Source of the DNA: Chthonomonadales bacterium | Lineage (GTDB): Bacteria; Armatimonadota; Chthonomonadetes; Chthonomonadales; Chthonomonadaceae | Assembly: GCA_038217285.1 (NCBI GenBank) | Contig: JBBQPO010000007.1 | Span: 1-53,275 of the forward strand | Length of the DNA stretch: 53,275 nt | Reading direction: 5' to 3' | In this document: in pieces, positions 46,008-53,275 of the stretch | Numbering within the stretch: position 1 is the stretch's first letter | Layout of the letters: each line of letters starts with the position of its first letter | Translations under genes and position numbers: made by a program | The notes under the pieces: model-generated | What the model was told of the DNA's origin: nothing | The model's input: the letters and a program-made list of their open reading frames with translations, nothing else | Databases searched by the model: none

Positions 46008-46989
46008 TTTTGAGAAGCCTATCGCCGAGCTCGACGACCTGATCGCCGAACTCCGGCGGATAGACCACAATGAGGGCGCGCACGCCGATGCACTGGTGCG
46101 GGGAATAGACATAGAGGCCGAAATCGCCAAAGTCGAGGCGCAGAAGCAGGAGCTCATGCGAAACATGTACTCTCACCTGTCACCATGGAATGAAGTCCAG
46201 ATGGCGCGGCACCCACAGCGTCCTTACACGCTCGACTACATCCGCCTGCTCTGCGAAGATTTCATGGAGCTGCACGGCGACCGCACCAACAGCGACGACC
46301 CGGCGATCGTCGGCGGACTGGCGACGCTGGATGGCAAACCGGTCGTGGTGCTCGGACACCAGAAGGGCCGCGATCTCAAGGAGCGCCAACTGCGTAACTT
46401 CGGCAGCGCGCGGCCGGCCGGATTCCGCAAGGCTCTGCGCCTGATGAAGCTCGCGGAGAAGTTCAAGAGGCCGCTGATCGTTTTCGTAGACACGCCCGCC
46501 GCCGAAGCCAACCTGATGGCCGAGGAGGACGGCATCAGCCGCACCATCGCCGTCTGCCTGCGCGAGATGATCCTGCTTCAGACCCCGATCATCGTCAGCA
46601 TCGTCGGCGAAGGTGGCAGCGGCGGCGCGCTCGGCATCGCCGTCGGGGACCGTATCCTGATGATGGAGCACGCCGTCTACTCCGTGATCCCGCCCGAAGG
46701 CTGCGCCGCCATTCTCTGGAACGACCGCAACCGCGCTCCCGAAGCGGCGGAGGCTCTGAAAGTGACCTCGCACAGCGCCCGACAGTTCGGCCTGGTGGAC
46801 GAGGTGCTGGAGGAGCCGCTCGGCGGCGCGCACCGTGATCCCGCCGCCGCAGCCGCCACCCTCAAAACGGCCATCCTCTGCCATATGGCGGCTCTGAGCA
46901 GTCTATCGCCCGAAGCCCTCCTTGAGGGCCGCTACAACAAGTTCCGAAACATGGGCCGCTGGGAAGAAGACCTCCTCGTGCTGGAGTAG
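45988..46989 (+). CDS. accA: Acetyl-CoA carboxylase carboxyltransferase alpha subunit
   Basis: LDFEKPI, ARHPQRP, ELHGDR, GEGGSGGAL, EGCAAIL and EPLGGAHRD motifs. Confidence 0.96.
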   Translation: MLINPLDFEKPIAELDDLIAELRRIDHNEGAHADALVRGIDIEAEIAKVEAQKQELMRNMYSHLSPWNEVQMARHPQRPYTLDYIRLLCEDFMELHGDRTNSDDPAIVGGLATLDGKPVVVLGHQKGRDLKERQLRNFGSARPAGFRKALRLMKLAEKFKRPLIVFVDTPAAEANLMAEEDGISRTIAVCLREMILLQTPIIVSIVGEGGSGGALGIAVGDRILMMEHAVYSVIPPEGCAAILWNDRNRAPEAAEALKVTSHSARQFGLVDEVLEEPLGGAHRDPAAAAATLKTAILCHMAALSSLSPEALLEGRYNKFRNMGRWEEDLLVLE

Positions 46990-47119
46990 GTCGTTTCACC
47001 TCGTGTGATCCGTTCCGGGAAGAGGAAACGTGTGTCCTACGCGCCTTACAAACCGCAAGCGACATCTGTTTCCTCTTGTTCTATTTTTCTATCCTCACGA
47101 ACCTATCGGGGAGGTCTTC

Positions 47120-48271
47120 ATGCGGCGCAAACAGTGGTTAGGGTTGATCCTGGTGGTCCTCATGGGCGCGATAGGTTGGAGCGGTTATCGCGCCGTGCAT
47201 CAGGCTGCGCTGAACCATGAACTCATCGTGTCCGCGACGGCCGGGGAGCCGGAGCCGGTGCGCCGCCTGCTCGATCAGGGCGCAGACCCGAATACATCGG
47301 AAGAATCTATCGTGGGACATGACGCGTACAATGACCAGACAGACTGGCGCTTCCTGATCCGTCAATGGGTGCCGCGCCCCCTCTACGGCGTTCCGCTCAG
47401 CCCACTCCGTCGGGCGCTCATTTTCGGGCATCTCGACGCGAACCGACTGGCGACCGTGCAGGTACTACTCGAACATCATGCCGACCCCAATACGCTCTGG
47501 AAGTCCAGTACGCCGCTTCCCCTGCGCGCTCTCGAGGATGTGCCCAACGGCAGGCTGCTCACCCTCTTCCTGGAGCACGGCGCAAACCCCAACACCGTCG
47601 ATGGGTCCGGAACCTCCATGCTGATGTACGCGGTCGATGCACGTAACGAATCGTGGGTACGCGCCGTTCTGGATCATGGCGCAAAGGTCGAGGCGGCGAA
47701 CCGCGAGGGGAATACCGCGCTGATGTGGGCTGCCTATTACCACGATACCGGTATCCTGAAGATCCTGCTCGCCCACGGCGCCCACGTCAACCATCAGGAC
47801 CGACATGGAACCACGGCGCTGACGTATGCCTTGATCGATTCAGGCCCGAAACAGCCAGAGGCGATCACTCTGCTGCTTGCCGCAGGAGTCGCTGTGAACC
47901 TGCCCGACAAAGGCGGGTTCAGCCCCTTTCTCTTTGCCCTCACCAGACAGAGTCCCGAAAGCGGCCAACTGCTGGCCCAGGGCGGAGAAGTACATACGGC
48001 GATGCCCGCACGCACCTGGTGGGGTAGAGTAGAAGTGACAGTCGGCACCTCTATGCGTATATCCAATATGCCTTTGTCGTCTCCCGGCACGACGCCGTTG
48101 ATGTTCGCGGTTCTCTCGGGGAACGTCAACCTGGTGCGCGCCATCCTGGCAAAGGGACCCGACGTCAACGCGCGGGACGCGCAGGGTAAAACCGCGCTCT
48201 ATTACTGCTACTCTACGCGGAAAGGCTCGAAGGCCCGTGATCTGGTGAAAGCTGCGGGAGCGCACCTCTAA
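47120..48271 (+). CDS. Ankyrin repeat protein with N-terminal membrane anchor
   Basis: Repeated GxTALMxA...LLxHGAxVN units; N-terminal hydrophobic helix; GGAGG RBS. Confidence 0.9.
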   Translation: MRRKQWLGLILVVLMGAIGWSGYRAVHQAALNHELIVSATAGEPEPVRRLLDQGADPNTSEESIVGHDAYNDQTDWRFLIRQWVPRPLYGVPLSPLRRALIFGHLDANRLATVQVLLEHHADPNTLWKSSTPLPLRALEDVPNGRLLTLFLEHGANPNTVDGSGTSMLMYAVDARNESWVRAVLDHGAKVEAANREGNTALMWAAYYHDTGILKILLAHGAHVNHQDRHGTTALTYALIDSGPKQPEAITLLLAAGVAVNLPDKGGFSPFLFALTRQSPESGQLLAQGGEVHTAMPARTWWGRVEVTVGTSMRISNMPLSSPGTTPLMFAVLSGNVNLVRAILAKGPDVNARDAQGKTALYYCYSTRKGSKARDLVKAAGAHL

Positions 48272-48276
48272 ACATA

Positions 48277-48317
48277 GATGCGGGGAGCCCCCTCCGCCTG
48301 AAGGGACTCCCCGCGTC
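48277..48317 (+). terminator. GC-rich hairpin after the ankyrin gene
   Basis: GATGCGGGGAG...CTCCCCGCGTC stem; weak U-tract. Confidence 0.45.
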
Positions 48318-48627
48318 GTGTCGTTTCCGGTGATGGCGTCAGCGCCCCCGTCGTCATCCCGGTGAACGTCACGATTTATGGAAGGGGCCGTCTTGCCGCC
48401 CCGGGTATGCATGTCCCTTCCACGTCGTCGTTGTAAGGTTGCTATTTCATGCGGTTGCGAAAAGGAGAGCGACTGATCGAGCCTATCTCTCCGGAACACC
48501 TGAGCCGAAGCCAGGGCTGCAGCTTTCGTGTATCCCTTCCGCTGTTTGCCCGCACTCTCAACAAAACGCATCCTGCCCGGCGACGTGACAGAGCCACAAG
48601 AATAAATTTTTTGGGCCGCAGAAATAG

Positions 48628-48663
48628 AGAGGAGCGAACAGCAACTACGCTGTTCGCTCCTCT
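48628..48663 (-). terminator. Hairpin after 48693..49160
   Basis: Perfect 15-bp stem AGAGGAGCGAACAGC-aactac-GCTGTTCGCTCCTCT. Confidence 0.6.
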
Positions 48664-48692
48664 TCTCTAACAGTTACCGACGGACCGGAACC

Positions 48693-49160
48693 TTACCGGG
48701 GATAGATAACCCGCGGCACAGGCTGCGGCAGATCGTAGGTCGAGCGCGCTGGCTCGATAATCGACGGCATCGATGGGTTCGGCTCCTCGATGATTCCGGC
48801 GCGCTCGTTGCGGAACTGCTGCGTGAGCAGCTTCGGAGCCAGATGCGGCAGCAACAGCGCTGCGACTCCCACCGTGCCGATCAGGGCCTCCAGACCGTCC
48901 GTCACGAAATCCGCCACAAGACCGATTACGGGCAGCACAACCGCCAGAAACGACTCCAGAGGAAACTCCAGCGCGATGAGCAGGGCGATCAGTCCGGCGC
49001 CCAGGCCGAGCGCCATCAGTTTGGACCGAAACGGAACTCGCCCGTCCTTGAGCATGGAGAAACCGAGTTTAATATCCAGAAAGCCTCCCTTATGGGAGTT
49101 CTTTGCAAGCGTTTTATGGGCAACGCGCTCTCCGAGAAGGCGCAGTACAGAAATTGTCAT
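48693..49160 (-). CDS. Hypothetical membrane protein (DUF1232/YkvA-like region)
   Basis: AGGAGG RBS; LKDGRVPFRSK followed by hydrophobic helices. Confidence 0.65.
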   Translation of the reverse strand: MTISVLRLLGERVAHKTLAKNSHKGGFLDIKLGFSMLKDGRVPFRSKLMALGLGAGLIALLIALEFPLESFLAVVLPVIGLVADFVTDGLEALIGTVGVAALLLPHLAPKLLTQQFRNERAGIIEEPNPSMPSIIEPARSTYDLPQPVPRVIYPR

Positions 49161-49217
49161 GAGTTGGGATGACCCTCCTTCACTCTATTGGACGGCCTGA
49201 AACTCCGCAGGGTTTCA

Positions 49218-49950
49218 TCATCTCACTTTGCGGCGGCGTGGGCGCAAGCCTCCCAGCATCGCGGCAGCCAGAGTCACCGCCAGCAGGAAGCCGGCAGGCT
49301 CCGGTGTGACCGTCGAGGGTCGCCCCAGTCCGTTAAAAAGGGTACTCTCGGCACCAGGCAGGATCAAGACGCTGGGGATGGCGGCGCGCTCGGCTATGGC
49401 GTCGGCTGCCAGGACGCTGGGGGGGGTCGAGCGGCTCCGAGGGGTCGAAATCCGGAATGTCCGCCCGCCGACGCTTCTTCGTGAACGGGCTGACGATCGA
49501 CCGCTTCCCTCGTCTGTTGAGACCCGCCAGTTTGTGCAGGGGGTTTCCGCAAACCTGCGCCAGCACCGGAGTCCCGTTCGGCAGCGAGAAGACGACCGTT
49601 CCTTTCCGGACGCGCCGCACCTTTACTCCGATCCTCTCTCCAGGGTGAACGTAGCAAACTTCCATGATGATGTCGCGTTTTAGTCGAGTCAGATGCAGGT
49701 GCGCGAAGTTGGCGCGCACAATGGCAGGGGAAAGATGCAGTTTATGGCTGTAGCGCGAAACCGCGACGCTGTCCTCGCGCAATTCGCGGCTGAGCGCATC
49801 GACATCGGACACGGGGTTGCGTAGGAACGCTCCGGGCGGCATCGTGGAGTCCGCGCGTGTGGAAGCACCGGACAGAAGCCCCCCTAGAAGAAAGCTTATC
49901 AGCAGTAAGGAAGCAAATCGTGTCACGATTCGCCCGTCAGAGGGGGACAT
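49218..49950 (-). pseudogene. Secreted protein with a PEP-CTERM tail, frameshifted in a C8 run (plus-strand G8 at 49419-49426)
   Basis: As sequenced the ORF stops at 49333. Removing one C gives DPPSVLAADAIAERAAIPSVLILPGAESTLFNGLGRPSTVTPEPAGFLLAVTLAAAMLGGLRPRRRKVR* ending at 49218. Upstream domain motif KGTVVFSLPNGTPVLAQVCGNPL. Confidence 0.8.
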
Positions 49951-50259
49951 TGTTTTCGGTCTTTCGGCGAATTCGACCGCCCGGTGGAAGCGTACGGACA
50001 GGAATGTGCTCGGCTGCAAGAAGTAAGACTCGAACCACAGTCAGAATGCCATAGACGGCTGCCATTGCACATTGCGGTAAAACCGTATTCTTCCGTGCAA
50101 TCGCCCTTATTTTTCAGCGTACTTGCCCTTAGTTGTGGTTACCTTCTTCCATATTCACCGCCTACTCTGGTACGTATAACACGGATTGCCCCCTGCTACG
50201 CTCTCCACAGCCTGGCAGGGGTCGATCCGATTGCGTTGTCGCAGCAGCCACCCGGAAGG

Positions 50260-50946
50260 TCAGAAACGCGCGAAACGGAACTTGATCAGCGTCCAAATCG
50301 CCTCGATGCCGTCGGTCCAACGAATCTTTTTGCCGTCGGCGATGCTGCGCGCCTCATAGCGTATAGGAACCTCGACGATCCGGAAGCCGCGCCGGATCGC
50401 CTTGGCGGTTACCTCCGGGCAGAACTCGAAGCGACGACAGGTGAGCGGCAGGCTCTGCAGCGCCTCCGTGCGAAACGCCTTGTAGCAGGTGGCTTCATCC
50501 GTCATGGGAGTGCGAAACAGGACGCGCACCATGCCGGCCAGCAGGAGATTGACCAGGCGGTTCGGCAGCTTCATGGACGGCGGGCCGTTGAGAAATCGGG
50601 AGCCATAGACGGCATCGGCCTTCTCCGTCTCGAACGCCTGCAAAATCGGGATATAGTCCTCTGGCCAGTACTCCAGATCGCCATCCTGCACGATGCAGAA
50701 CTCGCCGCGCGCGCAGGGGATGGCGGTGCGGATAGCGGCACCCTTGCCCCGGTTCTGCGGATGATAGAAGATCCGTACCTCGGGAAATTTGCCTTCCACT
50801 TCCGTCCGGAGCAGGTCGCTGGTTCCATCGGTCGAGCCGTCATCGACGATCAGGATCTCTTTGTCGATCGGCACGGCGCGTATTCGCTCCAGAAGCGGCA
50901 ACAGGGTGTGCCGTTCGTCGTAGACCGGCATGAGCACGCTCAGCAT
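50260..50946 (-). CDS. Glycosyltransferase family 2 (DPM1-like)
   Basis: SVLMPVYDE, VDDGSTDGT, NRGKGAA, QDGDLEY and VYGSRF motifs. Confidence 0.92.
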   Translation of the reverse strand: MLSVLMPVYDERHTLLPLLERIRAVPIDKEILIVDDGSTDGTSDLLRTEVEGKFPEVRIFYHPQNRGKGAAIRTAIPCARGEFCIVQDGDLEYWPEDYIPILQAFETEKADAVYGSRFLNGPPSMKLPNRLVNLLLAGMVRVLFRTPMTDEATCYKAFRTEALQSLPLTCRRFEFCPEVTAKAIRRGFRIVEVPIRYEARSIADGKKIRWTDGIEAIWTLIKFRFARF

Positions 50947-51584
50947 AGGGGGGTTCCTGTTCGGTTTAGCGCCTCTTCCAGCCGTTTCTGCGAGAGCGTC
51001 AGCGTCAAGTCGCCGCGGGTGCGCTCCAGCACGGCCCGCAGCGAATCGGTGGTGCGCCGCAGGCCGCCCGTGATGGCGTCTGGAAAGTCGAAGGTGATGA
51101 GCTCATAGTAGATGTCGTCCATTACCTTCAGTACGGCTTCCGCGCGATCCATGTCTCCGATTCGCAGGCGGTCGAGCACATAGCGGCGACTCTCGCTGGC
51201 CGCCTCGGCGATCCCATTCAGGTAGGCGGCAGGCTCGACGCCCAGCGCGTCCGGGTCCGGCAGCGGCAGTTCGCCAACGATAGCCAGCATGCTCTCCGCC
51301 TCGACATACTCCTTCTGCGCGTCATGGACATAGCCTGCGTGAAACAGCTCCGGGTGCGCGGCCAGAATGCGGCCGACGGCGTCTACCCGGAGGCGCGCCT
51401 CATCGGCCTGCGCCCGTGCCGCCGTCATCTCGCCGCGATGCACGGCGCGAATGGTGCGCGAAGCGAACTGGATGATCTCCCGGCAGGCGCGTAACGCCTC
51501 CTCACGAGCGCGGTTGGACGCCTCGAAGCGCCCTCGCAGGGCGGCAGTAATGGGTTCCAGGGCGCGTGTCTCGCTCGTCGGCAT
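50940..51584 (-). CDS. Translin-family protein
   Basis: REEAL...R.II, AQKEYVEA, AYLNGIAEAASESRR and FDFPDAITGGLRRTTD match prokaryotic translin/C3PO-like proteins. Confidence 0.75.
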   Translation of the reverse strand: MPTSETRALEPITAALRGRFEASNRAREEALRACREIIQFASRTIRAVHRGEMTAARAQADEARLRVDAVGRILAAHPELFHAGYVHDAQKEYVEAESMLAIVGELPLPDPDALGVEPAAYLNGIAEAASESRRYVLDRLRIGDMDRAEAVLKVMDDIYYELITFDFPDAITGGLRRTTDSLRAVLERTRGDLTLTLSQKRLEEALNRTGTPLC

Positions 51585-51808
51585 CGGGGCTCTCCTTCAG
51601 GCAGGCAAATCTAGGCGTCATTTCCACACAGTGCAGGCGTTTCCCTGCGACGGAAAGGGCTTTTGCGCTCGTATGGGAACAGAGGGACGCGCGGTCGTGT
51701 TATAAACCATGCAGGCAGGAGTTCGGCCGCTCCTTCGCGAACTGAGACGGCAGAAGGCTGTCGTTCCGCTTACGGAGCCAGCCCATTTAGGGAAGGAGTC
51801 ACGCTAGG

Positions 51809-52354
51809 ATGAGACAACCATTTTCGCGGCGGGCAGGAGTGCTCGCCCTCACGCTTTTAACCTTTACCGCCCTGACAGGACGGGCGCAGGCGCAGTTCAA
51901 AGCGCCGAAATTTCTCACCGCGACCGCTGTCGCGCCTAAAAACGTGACGCCGGGGAAGCCGTTCAATGTCGCCGTCACGCTGACCGTCGACCAGCCCTAC
52001 CATATCCAGGCCAATCCCGCAACCGGCGACTACATCCCGACCGTGGTGAAAGTGGGAGCGGTCAAGGGCCTGGTCGCGGGCCGGACGGTCTATCCCCAGG
52101 GCATGGATACTACCAGCAGCGGGGAAAAACTGTCTGTCTACGAGGGAGCCGTCAAAGTGGTGGTAACCATCACGCCGGATAGAGCCCTGAAACCGGGCAA
52201 AATCACGCTGCCGCTGACCGTCCACTATCAGGGCTGTAACGAGAAGGCCTGCTATCCACCGACCGACCTGCAGACGACGGTTGTCTTTATGGTCGGTAAG
52301 TCCGCCGGGGCGCCGCCGAAGCATGCGGGATCGAAAAAGACGACGTCCCTATAG
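51809..52354 (+). CDS. DsbD N-terminal (Ig-like) domain protein, secreted
   Basis: Signal peptide; YHIQANP, VYEG and YQGCNEKACYPP motifs. Confidence 0.8.
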   Translation: MRQPFSRRAGVLALTLLTFTALTGRAQAQFKAPKFLTATAVAPKNVTPGKPFNVAVTLTVDQPYHIQANPATGDYIPTVVKVGAVKGLVAGRTVYPQGMDTTSSGEKLSVYEGAVKVVVTITPDRALKPGKITLPLTVHYQGCNEKACYPPTDLQTTVVFMVGKSAGAPPKHAGSKKTTSL

Positions 52355-52443
52355 CACTAAGGACCGGAAACCTGCCCGCGCCTGCTCCTCAGAGAGGGTG
52401 ATTCGGCCTCCGGCGGCGGTCCAGATTCGAGGAAGAAGTTTTG

Positions 52444-53275
52444 ATGAGAACTATGCGAACTCTGCTCACACTGCTGTTGCTGCTGGCGCTGACCGTACCG
52501 GTCCTCGCGGCGCCCGGTGACGTGACGTGGACAGCGAAACTGTCGCCGGAAGATGTCCGGGCAGGCGAAGGCGCGCAGATCGTACTGACCGCGCAGATCG
52601 AGGGCGACTACCACCTCTACTCCCTGACGAAGCGCGACACAGGCCCGACCGTCACGACACTGACGCTCGAATCCGGCAACGCCCTCGAGGTCGGCGGCGC
52701 AGGTGTGCAGCCAGTGCCGCATACCGAGCTTGATCCCGGTTTCCATATCGACGTCGAGAGCTACACGGGCGGCGTGGCCTTCGCCCTGCCGGTGACGCTC
52801 AAAGCTGGACTGACAGGAGCGCAGAAGGCGGTCGTGAAGGTGCGTTATCAGGTCTGCCGCAAGGGCATGTGCCTGCTGCCGAAGATGGTGGACGTACCGG
52901 TCACTTTCTCCGCCGCTGCAGGCGCTCCACGGCCCGACCATCTAGCCGCGCTGACCGCCATTCCCCCGCAGCCGGCGTCCGCGACGACGGTTCCGACGCC
53001 CTCGGTAGCGCCGGGAGGCAGCGCGGCCCCGCCCGTTAAAAGCGCCGCGCCTACCGACGAGACGATCAAGAGTATTCAGCGTGCCCAGAGCAATGGGTTG
53101 CTCTCCTTTATCCTGCTCTCTGTCGGGGCAGGGTTCCTGGCGCTGCTGACGCCCTGCGTCTTTCCGATGGTGCCGATCACGGTCAGCTTCTTCGCCAAAC
53201 GCCGGGAGCAGTCGAGCGGTAAAGGGGTGCACGATGCGCTGGCCTACTGTGCCGGTATCGTCGGCACGTTTACCG
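52444..53275 (+). CDS. dsbD: Protein-disulfide reductase DsbD (partial, runs off the window)
   Basis: Absent from the ORF track because there is no stop. Manual translation: signal peptide MRTMRTLLTLLLLLAL, YHLYS, YQVCRKGMCLLP, then GFLALLTPCVFPMVPITVSFF. Confidence 0.88.
   Translation, partial: MRTMRTLLTLLLLLALTVPVLAAPGDVTWTAKLSPEDVRAGEGAQIVLTAQIEGDYHLYSLTKRDTGPTVTTLTLESGNALEVGGAGVQPVPHTELDPGFHIDVESYTGGVAFALPVTLKAGLTGAQKAVVKVRYQVCRKGMCLLPKMVDVPVTFSAAAGAPRPDHLAALTAIPPQPASATTVPTPSVAPGGSAAPPVKSAAPTDETIKSIQRAQSNGLLSFILLSVGAGFLALLTPCVFPMVPITVSFFAKRREQSSGKGVHDALAYCAGIVGTFT

Overview
A GC-rich bacterial chromosomal segment, probably Armatimonadota (Chthonomonadales-like). That taxonomy is inferred from TPEPG-type PEP-CTERM tails and an expanded HEAT-like membrane protein family and has not been checked. 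Housekeeping genes (trxC, cysS, rpmB, ispG, deoB, pheA, accD/accA, dsbD, tRNA-Ala(CGC), tRNA-Leu(TAA)) are interspersed with accessory loci. (1) A decayed defence island at 1-4211: an IS left end cuts into an ABC/AAA ATPase + PD-(D/E)xK-like pair, followed by an AIPR/type III Res deletion chimera. (2) An intact RloA/RloB-like pair with a palindrome over its promoter. (3) A PvuII-family restriction-modification system whose controller HTH and endonuclease appear to be one fusion gene broken by a 1-nt frameshift, with two C-box-like repeats around the promoter and apparent window-wide CAGCTG avoidance. (4) An Rrf2 - truncated globin - 2Fe-2S/FAD reductase module with a clear operator. (5) PEP-CTERM genes, one with its sorting signal out of frame behind a G8/C8 tract. 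(6) An unexplained ~320-nt nested fold-back element between deoB and a GT9 gene whose mismatches are mostly G-U wobbles on the + strand (candidate structured ncRNA or REPIN/MITE). No CRISPR array or rRNA was seen. All calls are from reading the sequence; no searches were run.
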